The notes: a model not told the origin generated them from the sequence alone. A stretch of 64,000 nt of DNA from Candidatus Dojkabacteria bacterium (GCA_030950485.1 JAUZRK010000021.1:5498-69497), one strand, 5' to 3'. Shown: positions 10,155-22,364, counted from the stretch's first letter. Numbers and translations are program-made.

Positions 10155-13124
10155 TTATTTCTCCAATCCCAACTCTATCTTATACCCATTACTATCTATT
10201 AAAATCTGACCTTCTTCTACAACACCTCTTTCTAGCTTAGAAGCGCTAACACCTTCTGAAATCTCGCTAGAGTATTTCTCGAAAAGAGCTATAACCTTAT
10301 CGTCTCCCTCGTAATATACCATTACAGGGTCACCCATTTTCATATTCATATTCTTTCTATTAGCTTGTATCTGTCTTACAATTTCTCTTACTAGTCCTTT
10401 TTCAACTAGATCATCACTAAGTTCAATATCTAGCCCCACTTTTATATCTGATGAATCATCACCAACAACCTTTAGATTCTCAGACTCTTCAATACTAGCT
10501 TTTGATTGAACATTTATAATATTTAACTCATTCATAAGCAGCTCCTTCATCCAATCTCTAGGTTCAGGTACTATTGAATTGTTAGACATTATATACAAGT
10601 TAGCTAAAGGCTGCCTGACCTTCATTGAATTCTCAGTCCTTAATACATGGCCTAATTCAACAACTTTTCTTAAAACATTCATTTCCTCAGGTATAACTTG
10701 GTACTCATCCATAAAGTTTTTATCGAAAACCGGATAGTCTGTTAAATGAATTGACTCAGCTACATCTTCAAAGTGATTAGCTACTAGTTCCTTATAAATG
10801 TACTCAGTTATAAATGGAGTTAATGGTGCCATTAACTTTAATGTTTCTATTAGTACGTAGTAAAGTACTTCAAGAGCTCTTGTATCACCATCAGCAAATC
10901 TATTTCTATTACTTCTGATATACCATTTAGATGTATCATTTATAAAATCTTTTATAGCTCTAGCTGCTTTTGGAATTGTATAGTTATCTAATTCTTCAGT
11001 AACTTTTTTGATTGTTTCCTGAAGTCTGTAAATAATCCAAGCATCTAACTCGTTATTCATGTCATCGAATGGAATGTGATCCCATGGATGAGAGTCATCA
11101 GTTACATTTCTTTCGTTATAAGCTAACTCTTTGCTTGGCATCCAATTATGAATGTTTGCATATGTTGTTAGGTAACTAAAAATATTCCAAAGAGGCAAGA
11201 TTGTCTCTTGCTTATTAGCTTTAATTGTTTTGTCTGTTACTGCTGAATCTTCTCCATACATTAATGGAGAGTCATAGAAATTCAGTCTAATACTATCTGC
11301 ACCATGCTGTTCAATTAGTGGCATTGGTGGAGTATAGTTACCTAGACTCTTTGATAGCTTTCTTCCTTTATCATCAGTAATAGTTCCATTAATGATTACA
11401 TTTTTAAAAGCTGGTGAGTTGAATAATACAGTTCCTTCAGCATGAAGCGTATAAAACCAACCTCTAGTTTGATCTATTCCTTCGGCTATATATTCTGCAG
11501 GAAATTTTTTCTCAAATTTTTCTTTATTTTCAAAAGGGTAGTGAAACCTAGCAAAAGGCATTGCTCCAGAATCATACCAAACGTCGATTACGTCAGTAAT
11601 TCTAGTATATGTCTCTCCATCAAGTTCAAATGTTACTTCATCTACAAAAGGTCTATGAGGGTCTTCTAATTTTACTCCTGATAGTTCTTCTAATTCTTCA
11701 AATGATCCAATAACTTTTGTCTTACCTGATTCAGATTTCCAAACAGGAAGAGGAGTTCCCCAATATCTCTTTCTAGAAATTGCCCAATCTTTAATTTCAG
11801 ACAGCCAATTACCAAATCTACCTTCTCTTGCGTGAGCTGGTATCCAGTTTATCTTATTATTATTTTCTACAAGCTCTGTTCTTACTTTACTCATTCCTAC
11901 ATACCAAGATGTAATAGGTTTATAGATTAATGGAGTTTTTGTTCTCCAACACATTGGCATATCGTGCTCATAATCTTCATGTCTCCAAAGTCTACCCATC
12001 TCTTCTAGATCTTTTATAATATATTTATTAGCTTTTCTGTAAAACATTCCAGCGTATGGTGTTATTTCTTCAGTAAAGTCCCCTTGATCATCAAGTACAT
12101 CAAAACTTTCTATGTCTTCTTTCATAAAGACATCATTGTCTTCCGCACCATAAGGTGCTAAGTGAACAATTCCAGTTCCACTTTCAGTTGAAACATAATC
12201 AGCAGCAAATATTTTATGTGAATTTTTTCTACCTTTGAAAAAATCAAAAGGTGGATTATATTCTTTACCTAAAAGTGTAGAAGAATCAACTTCCTCTAAT
12301 ATCTTATATTCAGCATCTTTAAATACAAATTCTAAGCAATCTTTTGCGCAGATATATGTTTCATCTTCGTTATCGCCTTTTACTTTTACATATTTAATTT
12401 TTGGATTAATAGCTAATCCAAGATTAGTTGGGATTGTCCAAGGTGTAGTAGTCCAAGCTAGTACAAAAGTACTTTCTTCATCTTTTAGTTGAAACTTAAC
12501 TGTAATCGCAGGATCTACAAAAGGTTTATAACCTCCAAGCGCAACTTCAGCATTTGATAGGGTAGTTCCAGCTCTTGTTGAATAAGGAACTACTTTAAAT
12601 CCTTCATATAAATGACCTTTTTCGAATAGTTCTTTTAATGACCACCAGACTGACTCAATGAATTTACTATCCATAGTTGCATATTCCTCTTTGCCATTAG
12701 TAAGTCTACCTACTGCTTCTTCTAGTTCTATAATATTTTTTTGATATTTGATTACAGACTCTTTACAGAGTTGATTGAATTCTTTTATTCCGTATTTTTC
12801 TATATCTTTTTTTTCTTTGAATCCAAGCTTCTTTTCTATCTCATATTCAACAGGGATACCATGACAATCCCAACCTAAACTTCGTGAAACCTTGTATCCT
12901 TGCATACTCCAGTATCTAGGTATTATATCTTTTAACGAAAATGTAAGCATGTGTCCAGTATGAGGTTCACCATTAGCAGTAATAGGTCCGTCATAAAATG
13001 TTTTAATATTATCGTCAGGTCTTTGTTCGATTGATTTTTCAAGAACATTATTTTCTTTCCACCAGTTTAATATGTCTTTTTCTAATTCATGAAAGTCTTG
13101 TCTTGGATTTGGTTTGTTGAACAT
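10155..13124 (-). CDS. ileS: Isoleucyl-tRNA synthetase, type 2 (eukaryote/archaea-like)
   Basis: HIGH-class motif PHTGHM and KMSKS-class motif KLSKSLGN. 989-aa class I aaRS with editing-domain and anticodon-binding regions. Confidence 0.95.
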   Translation of the reverse strand: MFNKPNPRQDFHELEKDILNWWKENNVLEKSIEQRPDDNIKTFYDGPITANGEPHTGHMLTFSLKDIIPRYWSMQGYKVSRSLGWDCHGIPVEYEIEKKLGFKEKKDIEKYGIKEFNQLCKESVIKYQKNIIELEEAVGRLTNGKEEYATMDSKFIESVWWSLKELFEKGHLYEGFKVVPYSTRAGTTLSNAEVALGGYKPFVDPAITVKFQLKDEESTFVLAWTTTPWTIPTNLGLAINPKIKYVKVKGDNEDETYICAKDCLEFVFKDAEYKILEEVDSSTLLGKEYNPPFDFFKGRKNSHKIFAADYVSTESGTGIVHLAPYGAEDNDVFMKEDIESFDVLDDQGDFTEEITPYAGMFYRKANKYIIKDLEEMGRLWRHEDYEHDMPMCWRTKTPLIYKPITSWYVGMSKVRTELVENNNKINWIPAHAREGRFGNWLSEIKDWAISRKRYWGTPLPVWKSESGKTKVIGSFEELEELSGVKLEDPHRPFVDEVTFELDGETYTRITDVIDVWYDSGAMPFARFHYPFENKEKFEKKFPAEYIAEGIDQTRGWFYTLHAEGTVLFNSPAFKNVIINGTITDDKGRKLSKSLGNYTPPMPLIEQHGADSIRLNFYDSPLMYGEDSAVTDKTIKANKQETILPLWNIFSYLTTYANIHNWMPSKELAYNERNVTDDSHPWDHIPFDDMNNELDAWIIYRLQETIKKVTEELDNYTIPKAARAIKDFINDTSKWYIRSNRNRFADGDTRALEVLYYVLIETLKLMAPLTPFITEYIYKELVANHFEDVAESIHLTDYPVFDKNFMDEYQVIPEEMNVLRKVVELGHVLRTENSMKVRQPLANLYIMSNNSIVPEPRDWMKELLMNELNIINVQSKASIEESENLKVVGDDSSDIKVGLDIELSDDLVEKGLVREIVRQIQANRKNMNMKMGDPVMVYYEGDDKVIALFEKYSSEISEGVSASKLERGVVEEGQILIDSNGYKIELGLEK

Positions 13125-13134
13125 GGTTACTGCT

Positions 13135-13330
13135 AATAAAAAATAGATTTATAATTTATTAGAGGACTCTTGTTAGAGTGGTACCACCTCAATTTCCCGA
13201 AATGAAGTTTCGGAACACTTATTACAGCTTTTTCGGGCTTACCCGCTGGGTTCTATTGGCATTTGCTTTCTTCCCAGTGCTCAGGAGTGATATCTCCTTC
13301 ATAGCGTTAAAATAATTTTAGCACAATAAA
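13135..13330 (-). promoter_or_regulatory. Putative T-box leader (tRNA-Ile-responsive) in the 5' UTR of ileS
   Basis: The minus-strand transcript contains AAAUUGAGGUGGUACCACU, close to the T-box consensus AAUUAGGGUGGUACCGCG. An upstream hairpin exposes GAUAUCAC (AUC is an Ile codon). A U-run follows before the start codon. Confidence 0.5.
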
Positions 13331-13659
13331 TGATAAAATTAGCTAATAATACTTTTCCTATAAAATGAAACAGAAATATTTCGAGCTAACATTAGCAGCA
13401 GTAATAAGTCTTCTTTTTACAATATCGACAAGCTTTCTCAGTATTCATATTTATAGAAATACTAATTTGATAGATACAAAGTTAAATTATGAGAATTTCT
13501 TTCTTCCTTCTCTAACTGGGATATTACTAATACTAAGAGTCTCTAGTAATTTATTCAAAGTTTATAAAGGTAAGGAATTTAGAAACAAGGAGTTTATTAT
13601 AATGAATACGATAGCTCCATTTATAGTATTAATAATAGCGATAGTACTTTCTATATTTA

Positions 13660-14229
13660 TTAAGAAACAAACTTATTTCTCTTTATAAAAAACCTCAAGA
13701 TATGTTCTTTTCCTTTTGAGATACCTATTCTTTCAGATTCCATTACCTCGTACTCTGAATCATTTTCTACTATGAATAGTGTTGAATCTTTGTTTGTTAA
13801 GTCTAGTCCATAAAATGACTTGTCGATATCCATTGCTTTACATAATTTTCCAGGGCCAGTAGTTAAATCTTTTAACTTTTCTTTACTTCTAAATTTCTGC
13901 ATTAAATCTATAACTTCGATTGGTTCTAATGCTCTTATTAAGACACTTACTGGATCATTAATCTCGCTGCATGTTATATCTAGTAGATTTTGTCCATGCA
14001 TACTATGAATATAGGCGTAACCCGCTGGTCCGAATAGGACTTTTGTTCTCTCTGTTTTTCCAATGAAAGAATGAGCTGCTGGATCATTTGCGCCTAGATA
14101 TGCTTCAGTTTCAACAATTACGCCAGAAATAATTCTTTCTCCTAACTTTCGAACCAAGAGTTTGCCTAATAAGTCTTTTGCAACTAAGGTCGCATCTCGA
14201 TTGAAGAATGTATTTTCTAGTATGATCAT
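13660..14229 (-). CDS. mpg: DNA-3-methyladenine glycosylase (Mpg/AAG family)
   Basis: GVIVETEAYLGANDPAAHSF...LFGPAGYAYIH matches the Mpg signature. Confidence 0.85.
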   Translation of the reverse strand: MIILENTFFNRDATLVAKDLLGKLLVRKLGERIISGVIVETEAYLGANDPAAHSFIGKTERTKVLFGPAGYAYIHSMHGQNLLDITCSEINDPVSVLIRALEPIEVIDLMQKFRSKEKLKDLTTGPGKLCKAMDIDKSFYGLDLTNKDSTLFIVENDSEYEVMESERIGISKGKEHILRFFIKRNKFVS

Positions 14230-14804
14230 TTATTTAATTTTACAATATAATCCATGATGTCATTCCAATTATATACCCTAGTTACCTTAGGGTGAGAGTA
14301 GTCTTGCCAATATTTACCATTCATTAATAAGAGATGGGGGATAATGTCATAAACATCTTCGAAATTTTGATATCTATCATCAATAAAAACATCACTTCCT
14401 TCAAGAAATGGCCTTTTGCTATTAGTATATCCAACTCCAATTACTTCTATGTTTTCATTTACTTTATAAGTTGCTAGCCATTTAAGTGCTACATCTAATG
14501 ACTCGTCGCTTCTAGCAGTGACTATTTTTACCGTATGATCTCGAGATAGTTTATTAATAGATTTAACTGAATTTAAGATTGGTTTCAATATGTCTGCTGT
14601 TTTTATATCTGCATACATGTCATGGGTAATCTCTCGAAGAATTGTCTTTGGAAGTACTCCAGTTGTCTCTAATTCTTCAAAGCTAACATTAGGAGCATCT
14701 TTAGAAAGTTCTGGGTATCTTTTTTGAAACTCATTTTTAATATAAAAATCTTTCAGTTCTTGCGTATCAGCAATTACTTTATCAAAATCTATTGATATTA
14801 TCAT
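14226..14804 (-). CDS. 5'(3')-deoxyribonucleotidase-like HAD phosphatase (NT5C family)
   Basis: N-terminal DxDxV motif (ISIDFDKV) plus a HAD core. Family-level call. Confidence 0.55.
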   Translation of the reverse strand: MIISIDFDKVIADTQELKDFYIKNEFQKRYPELSKDAPNVSFEELETTGVLPKTILREITHDMYADIKTADILKPILNSVKSINKLSRDHTVKIVTARSDESLDVALKWLATYKVNENIEVIGVGYTNSKRPFLEGSDVFIDDRYQNFEDVYDIIPHLLLMNGKYWQDYSHPKVTRVYNWNDIMDYIVKLNK

Positions 14805-14961
14805 TCTGGAAATTTAATAACTTACGTAGAGAGTATATCAAAATGTTTTGTTTAAATGATAGAATTGAAGTATGAAGATAAAGCTCAGATTACTTCTTTT
14901 CTGATATAGGAGGTGTACTCTTAACTTTGTGTATTACAAGCAAAAGTTTATGAGTTTTAAA

Positions 14962-16071
14962 TTATGATTTATCCTCTTGATTTAGAATAGTTCGCATGTC
15001 ATCAACAACAGTTTTGAGACCAGTTATTAAAGTAAACTTGTTTACAAAAAATTCCGTCACAAATTCAAATAATTTATTTTCTTCTTTTGTCAAATTAACC
15101 GAATTTGGATCAGCTTCATAATAAGCGAAAGTCCTCTGAGTGTTAGGAGTTTCCGTTGCAATCTTCTCATTAATATCAATTAAATCATAAATAACACCAT
15201 GAAATCCTACTAATTTTCCTGTAAGTAGAGATAATGAGAGTTATGGAAATGTTAAATTATATAGATAACTGTATAAGAGGTCCATGTACTCTTTTCCTGT
15301 AATGGTTTGACCAGGAAAAATACTTTCAGCCATTCCTAATATGAATGCCTGTACATTTTGTCCACCTGGATTACGTGCAACTGTATGATATATATTTACC
15401 CCAATATTTACTTGGGACATTGCTCTAGTATTTAGTATTTCAAACTCTGTGATGTTAAGAGGGGCTAGTTTGAACTCTTTAATCTGCCCAACTACTAGCT
15501 CTAAATATTTATTAGCAGCATCTGATCCTTCTTTAAAATCTAAACCTCCTAAGTCACCTAAAACAATTTCTGTAGAACCTTCGTTAAAATATAAGCTAGA
15601 TAAACTTAAATTCCCTATTCTTATCCCTGCTGTATTTGCAGTATCAATGTGTTTTGCCAAAGAGTCTAATAGATCAAGCCTTGTTTCTCTCGTGACTTTT
15701 TCTAGTGCTCCTTTTTTAAGTTGATCAAAAGTAGTACCTTCTGGATAATAAGGCATTCTGAATTTAAGTCCTATAGCATTATCTGTATCACCCTCTGCAT
15801 AAACAGGAATAATACCAGATGTCGTGATTGTAGGAATACCTAGTTCTTTTAAAATTTCTCTCGCAGAATGATCCAGTAAGAGTTGTAGGATTGTTGACTT
15901 AGGGTGTCTTTCAAAGTACACAATCTTTTCTACAATACCACTTTCGGGGTATACTTTGATTTCAGCTAGGTGTGCCGCTCGTTTAATAATTGTTGGCTCT
16001 TCATTTAGCTCGATTGTTAAATCTAATGATCCATCATTCTTTGAATCTAGTTTATTGTTTTTATCATCCAT
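14962..16071 (-). pseudogene. Hypothetical protein interrupted by an in-frame TAA (at 15241..15243) with 92 further in-frame sense codons
   Basis: The ORF 15241..16071 ends in TAA, and the same frame stays open for 92 more codons (LSLSLLTGKLVGFHG...QEDKS) down to 14962. This is unlikely by chance in 30% GC DNA. Confidence 0.5.
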
Positions 16072-16255
16072 ATATCACTCTAAATATTGTAGAGGATCTT
16101 AACATGGTTGCTATAATTCGACAATTAATGTTTCTGTTTAAAGACAAGTGTAATGAATATCTGCAATTACCCACTGAATTAGTTTAAATTAAAACACTAG
16201 GTGAATTAAGATGATAAAATTGCTTTAGTGGATAATAATAAAATCTATATTTAGT

Positions 16256-17197
16256 ATGAAGAAGATAAAAACATTATTTATGGGAACTAGCGAGTTCGCT
16301 GTTCCAGTTTTAGAAGGACTACTTGAAGCAGAGGAGATTGAAGTAACCGGCGTTATAACTCAGCCAGATCGTCCAGCAGGAAGGAAACAAGAATTGAAGC
16401 CAAGTCCACTTAAAGAAGCCGTTGGTAGATTGAATTCTAAAATGGCACTGCATCAGCCAGAGAGAATTAGCAGATTTAAGAAACACATCTTTGAAGAAAT
16501 AAAACCAGATTTAATAATAGTAGCTGCATACGGGCAGATAATTCCAGGAAGTATTTTGGAATTTCCAAAATTTAAGTGTCTAAATGTACACGGCTCATTA
16601 CTACCTGTACTAAGAGGAGCTGTACCTATTCATATGGCAATCCTCCAAGGTCTTGAAAAGACAGGTAATACACTTCAGATCATGAGCAAGAAAATGGATG
16701 AAGGTCCAATTGTATCTACTAGAGAGATTCAATTAGAAGGAAAAGAATATTTTTCAGAGTTATTTGATAAATTAGCTAAGTTAGCTAAAAAACAAATCGT
16801 TGAAGATATTTCTAAATGGGTTAGGGGAGAGCTAACTCCTAAAGACCAGGATGACTCTAAAGCTACTTACTGCTTTATGGATGATATAAAAAAGGAAAAA
16901 GCAGAGATTACTGAAGGTACTTCCGTAATTAAAGCAGAAAGAATGGTTAGAGCATTTAATTTATGGCCAGTAGCCTGGTTTCAATTAAGAGAGAGTAGTA
17001 ATAAAGGTAAAAGAATTAAAACATTTAAGTCTAAGTTAGCTAATTTAGTTATTAATAATGTACCTGACATGGCTTTGTTTGAAAATGATGGAGATCTTTA
17101 TCTTAAGTTAAAAGACGGAGTACTGCTTCTAGAAGAAATTCAACTTGAAGGAAAACAGAGGAGAGAAGGGAAGGAATATTTATATCTTATTGATTAA
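16256..17197 (+). CDS. fmt: Methionyl-tRNA formyltransferase
   Basis: FMGTSEFAVP, HGSLLPVLRGAVPI and SKKMDEGPI, plus the C-terminal Fmt domain. Confidence 0.9.
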   Translation: MKKIKTLFMGTSEFAVPVLEGLLEAEEIEVTGVITQPDRPAGRKQELKPSPLKEAVGRLNSKMALHQPERISRFKKHIFEEIKPDLIIVAAYGQIIPGSILEFPKFKCLNVHGSLLPVLRGAVPIHMAILQGLEKTGNTLQIMSKKMDEGPIVSTREIQLEGKEYFSELFDKLAKLAKKQIVEDISKWVRGELTPKDQDDSKATYCFMDDIKKEKAEITEGTSVIKAERMVRAFNLWPVAWFQLRESSNKGKRIKTFKSKLANLVINNVPDMALFENDGDLYLKLKDGVLLLEEIQLEGKQRREGKEYLYLID

Positions 17198-17208
17198 TTT
17201 AAAATTGA

Positions 17209-17740
17209 ATGACAGATAAAGCTTTTGCAGAAATTATATTTGATAAGACTACTGAATTAGAAATTGAAAATGCAGTTAGTAATCTAATCACTGAAGACGA
17301 CCTATATTATTCTGATCAGGTAGAACATATAAGAGGTTTGATGACTAAAACTCTACATTTAACACTATTCTTGGGACTACCGGTCTGGTTTATAAATGAT
17401 AAAAAACTTCTTAAATTACTTAAATCTGTTGAGATCTCTGAACTTAAACCAGAGAAATTGAATTTCTTTGTAGGCTATATGGGCTTATATAAGGTTTTAT
17501 ATTTAGAAGTAAAGGATAAAGAGATGAAAGATTACTTTCAGTTGCTAAAGAGATAGCTGCTTTCGCACCTGAGCGTAACTTTAGAGTGGCAGACTTCCGT
17601 CCTCATATAACTGTAGCCTATGTTAATAAAGATTTTGAGTTGCCTGCAGAATATGACTTAGGTTTAGTTGAATTGAAAGTAAGTGAAATTAGGGTTAGTA
17701 AGCATTCTGATTTTGTTAAGAAAGTGAAAGAAGCTAAATA
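17209..17740 (+). pseudogene. 2H phosphoesterase (LigT / 2'-5' RNA ligase-like), frameshifted
   Basis: The first HxT motif (HLTLFLG) is in ORF 17209..17556. The second (RPHITVAY) and the C-terminus are in the -1 frame at 17556..17740. Joined length is about 177 aa, typical for LigT. Confidence 0.6.
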
Positions 17741-17742
17741 AT

Positions 17743-19522
17743 TTATTTATAACCTTCAGCCTGTTTAGTAAACATCTCATTATAAAGCCCAGTGGTGTTC
17801 ATCAACTCTTCATGACTACCACTTTCTATAATCTTGCCCTCATCTAATACTATTATCCTATCAGCATTTCTAACTGTAGCGAATCTGTGTGAAACTATTA
17901 TCATAGTTGTATCTTTTGCTAAATGACTTATTTCTTCAAAGACTCTTGCTTCAGCTAGAGCATCTAGTGCAGAAGTTGGTTCATCTAATATTACTAATTT
18001 TGGATTAGCAAATAGCGCTCTTGCAATACCAACTTTTTGCCATTGGCCACCTGAAAGATCAGTTCCATTTTCAAAATCTCTACTAAGTAATGTTTCTATT
18101 CCTTCTGGTAACGTATCAATAAAAGTATTAATTCCTGCTTTTTCTGCACTTTCTTTAATGAATTCTAAATTATTCTCATCTTCTAAGTTTCCAATTGCAA
18201 TATTATCTTTTAAACTAAAATTTTGCAAAAGATTGAAATAGTACTCCCCAAAGTTTGTAATATGAATCTAAATCTAGTTCTTTTATATTTATATTATTTA
18301 TTAAAATCTCTCCCTCGTTTACATCATAAAATCTTGCAAGAAGCTTTATAAGCGTTGTCTTTCCAGCACCATTTTTACCAATTAATGCAATTTTTTCTCC
18401 AGAGTCTATTTTGAAACTTAGATTTTTGAAAATATACCTCTTAGTATTTGGGTATTTAAAGCTAACATTTCTAAACTCAATCTTTGGTGATGACTTTTCT
18501 ACTTTTTGAGGATTTTTAGAAATTATAATTTTTGATTTTAAATCAAAAATTTTTCTTAAGTCGCTTACATAATTCATCTGTTCAATCAGACTAGAAATAC
18601 TTCCTTCTACTTGAGAAAGTCTGTTGGATACGACAAAAATGTTTGCAAGCAAAAAAGTATAAGAACCTATTTTTAACTGACCATCAAGAATTTCTGAGAT
18701 TAAGAACATGTTAAATCCAACAAAGATTAGTGAAGAAATTATTGTTGAAATAAACATGTAAAAGAATTTTCTATTTAATGGTTTATTAGCAGAATTGACA
18801 AAGCTTAGTTGAGCATTTAAAAATACACTAATAATTTTATCTGCAAAACCATATACTCTTGCTTCTTTTATACTATCTAGATCGTCAAATGCTTTCATTG
18901 CTTTATTTGAATGTATTTTCTCATCTCCATCAGTATCCCAAATATTATAGAGTGCCTGTCCGTATTTTTTACTTACAATGAAATCAAATGATATTGGAAT
19001 AAATAATAAAAGTATAAATATAGGATTTATTGTTAGAAGAAGTCCTCCAACAAGTATTAAACCTATTAGTGCAGCCAAGAGCCTAGTAGATTGTCTAGCA
19101 ATTGTTACAGCTCTCCAAAAAATAACTGTACCAGCTTTTTGATGCATAAGATTAAACTCTTTACTCTCATGTGCTTCTATATCTGTAGTTACTATTTTAT
19201 GAATATATTTTGCCCAACCTAGCCTATTCCATTTATAGTTGAATTTTATTTCTGAAAAATAGTCTAATGCAGAAGTAAAATCTTCCAGGATGATTAAAAA
19301 TAATAAGGCCAATAAATATGGACCAAATTCAGGTATTAAATCTTTACTTTGAAAATCTTCTAGTTTTACAAGTTTATTTATTAGTAAACCACTAACAAAA
19401 GTAACAATTACTGGGGCTAATACATTAATAAGTCTTACAATAAGCATTAGTAAGACTTCTGGCTTACAGACCTCCCAAAGTAGCTTAATTATCCATTTGA
19501 AATCTGAAAGTTTTTGTTTCAT
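17743..19522 (-). pseudogene. ABC exporter (fused permease-ATPase, type I exporter), split by a frameshift near 18215..18228
   Basis: The 435-aa piece holds the TMD and Walker A (GKNGAGKTTL). The 161-aa piece holds the ABC signature LSGGQWQ, Walker B ILDEPTSALD and the H-loop. The pieces abut in different frames. Confidence 0.75.
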
Positions 19523-19553
19523 ATAATTATTCTATCGTATTTTATCTTCTATT

Positions 19554-21316
19554 TCATTTCTTACTAAACCCACCACTTTGAATATCCCAAAGATTCTTGT
19601 AAATTTTAGAGTCACTAAGAAGCTCTTTATGAGTTCCGCTTTCAGCTACTGAACCATTTTCTATTACAAAAATATTATCGCAATGCGTAATTGTACTTAA
19701 TCTATGCGCAATAATAATCACTGTCTTATTCTGACTTAAAACTGTAAATGCTTCTTGAATTAGTTTCTCACTCTCGCTGTCTAACATACTAGTAGCTTCA
19801 TCAAATATAACTACTTTTGGGTTCTTAATTAAAACTCTAGCAATAGCAATTCTTTGTTTTTGACCTCCAGAAAGTTTTAATCCTCTTTCTCCAACTTTTG
19901 TTTCATAACCATCTTTTAAAGTCATTATGAAATCATGAATTTTTGCTTTCTTACAAGCTTCAATAATAATCTCTTTATTTCCCAGATTATCTAAATCATG
20001 AATGTCATCCAGAGCATATCCAACATTATAGTAAACGCTTCTATTAAATAAGACTGGCTCTTGGGGAACTAATCCAATAATTTCTCTAAGATCTTTATTT
20101 GAAAGATCTTTTATATTAACTCCATCAATCTCAATGCCTCCTTTCCAAACATCATAATATTTCATTAGGAGTCTGGTTAAGGTTGATTTACCACCTCCTG
20201 AAGTACCTACAAAAGCTATTGTTTCTTCTGACTTTATATCTTAATTTAAATCATTAATAACTGAAATATCACTAGTATAACCAAATGAAACATTTTGAAA
20301 ACTGATATTACCTCTAACCTCGCTTATAATTTGAGGATTGTTTATATATTTAATACTAGGCTTTGCATCGTATAGCTCGTAGAAATCTTCAATTGTAGGA
20401 AGGTCTTTCAATACATCTCTAATATTAAAAATCATTCCCATAACTCTTCCCGTCATCTGAGTTAAATAAGTTAAAATTACTACAACCTCACCTAAAGTTA
20501 AGTTTCCTTCTGTATACAATGTATTAGTAACTACTGCTGGGACTATAAAAACAAAAACCCCGGCAAGTCTTGCAACAAAATCAATAAGTCTAAAAGTATC
20601 TTGATATTTAAATTGTGCCTCTTGTGCAATTTCTAACTTTTTATCTAAATATTTAACTTCATAATCTTCTTTACCAAAAGATCTTACTGTTTCAAAATTT
20701 GAGACACCGTCAATTATCGTACTATTTCTATCGTATTCAGCGTCTTTTAATCGTTCCCTTTGCTTGATATTCATCTTAATTGATAACAGAAGAAAAGGTA
20801 CGGTAACTATTATTACTAAGATTGACGTTAAACTAATTAGTGGAGAGATAAAATCATAACTACAACAGGAATCATTAGATTGCCGAAGTTCTCCATTGTA
20901 AACCACTCAAGCCTCCATAAAAACATATCTATAGCCGATCTACTATTCAATATAATAGAAATCATTTTTCCTGTTTGTTTATTTACATGATAGTTATAGT
21001 CTTGCTCAATTACATTTTTATACACGTCATGCATTAAGTCTCTCATTAGTTTTCCCAGATGCCTTGACTTTGGATAGAATGTTAGAGGTTCTAAGATTAA
21101 TGGAGAGGCTATTAATACTCCTATTAAAAGTATCATCTTAAACATATCTAACTCCTCAACTGAATTTGCAGAATCTATAATTTGACCAATAGCTAGCGGA
21201 ACAAGGTTGTATGAAACTAAGAGAATTATTGATGCAATTATTCCGAGTATATGAAGTGATTTATATTTTTTTGATAAACTAATATACCTTTTATAGAGGC
21301 CGAAGAAATTGTTCAT
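19554..21316 (-). pseudogene. Second tandem ABC exporter, interrupted by one frameshift (about 20837..20906) and one in-frame TAA (20241..20243)
   Basis: Three consecutive ORFs cover the TMD N-terminus, the TMD C-terminus, and the NBD. Walker A (AFVGTSGGGKSTL) lies in frame immediately after the TAA. LSGGQKQR and the H-loop follow. TGA marks the natural end. Confidence 0.75.
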
Positions 21317-21407
21317 AGTTTGTAATGATAATTGGGTAGTGTAGTATAGCGTATGAACTTAGATTTGTTTAGTGAATTCGATTACACTAATATAAATTTA
21401 TGGAGAA

Positions 21408-22073
21408 CTATGATTCAATATTTAAAGATATATTTGAATCATTTGGTTGGAATAAGATTCCTTCCGCAACTCCATTACCTTTAAGTAGAATTATCCCGTC
21501 ATACTTTATTCCACCAGGAATATTGTTTCTAAAGTATTCATTTAAGGCGATATGCGGATGTCTACTGCTTTTATAAGATTCTCCCCAAACTTCATAGAGC
21601 AAGAAATCTATAGATTCATAAGCCTTATCACTGGTTGGATCTATAATCAAGAAAGTACCAGTTACATCTAAATCATATCTTTTCATCTCTTCATCATTTT
21701 TATACCCATCTACTTGAGTACCTTTTAAATCGCCAAGACCTATATAAAAACCTGCGCCTAAAGACATATTTCTATTTGTATATTTATGAGTAGAATCTAA
21801 AACTATATCTTTTCTAGAATAATGCCAGAAACCATCTGCATTTTTAATTGACGCAGTAGCGATACCCTGTAATTCTTTACCTTCGAATGAATGAGTAGAG
21901 ATTGATTTATTTCCTAAATTATAACCTTCAAGATTTATTGTTGATTGAGCATTCTCAACTTTTTCAAAGCCTTTATTAATACGAAGTCGTCCTGAGTTAC
22001 CTACAGGAATAGAATCACTGTTGTCTTCTGAAGGTGTATCTGTGAAATTACTGCTTACTTTAAGTGAACCCAT
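21408..22073 (-). CDS. Hypothetical protein
   Basis: ORF only. Confidence 0.35.
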   Translation of the reverse strand: MGSLKVSSNFTDTPSEDNSDSIPVGNSGRLRINKGFEKVENAQSTINLEGYNLGNKSISTHSFEGKELQGIATASIKNADGFWHYSRKDIVLDSTHKYTNRNMSLGAGFYIGLGDLKGTQVDGYKNDEEMKRYDLDVTGTFLIIDPTSDKAYESIDFLLYEVWGESYKSSRHPHIALNEYFRNNIPGGIKYDGIILLKGNGVAEGILFQPNDSNISLNIES

Positions 22074-22183
22074 CTTTAGCTAATGCTTATTTACTGAATT
22101 AATTATAAGCTTTTTATATGTTTCTGTCTAAAGAATGAAGTGGAAAAAGGATTTAACGAGAGCTGGTTAAGAGATTAACAAAA

Positions 22184-22255
22184 CTCCCCAGACTGGATTC
22201 GAACCAGTGACCTGCCGGTTAACAGCCGGACGCTCTACCGCTGAGCTACTGAGGA
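22184..22255 (-). tRNA. tRNA-Asn (anticodon GUU)
   Basis: The reverse complement folds as a cloverleaf: acceptor UCCUCAG/CUGGGGA, T-loop GGUUCGAAUCC, anticodon loop CUGUUAA, discriminator G. It is very similar to the canonical bacterial tRNA-Asn. Confidence 0.88.
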
Positions 22256-22364
22256 ATACTTTGTTTTTATCAATGTGCTTAGGAATTATACAGTAAACTT
22301 TTTAAGTATCAAACATTTTTATGTTTTTCTAAATAGTTTATTATGATGTATACATTTAGTTTCT

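Noticed and set aside
13365-13688. 107-aa hydrophobic ORF between ileS and mpg
   Set aside because: It overlaps the 3' end of mpg and has no homolog-like features. It may be a small membrane protein but is not supported.
20241-20243. TAA reassigned as a sense codon
   Set aside because: TAA is the terminator of most confidently delimited genes in the window (rpoD, rny, parB, ileS, fmt, mpg and others), at positions matching homolog C-termini.
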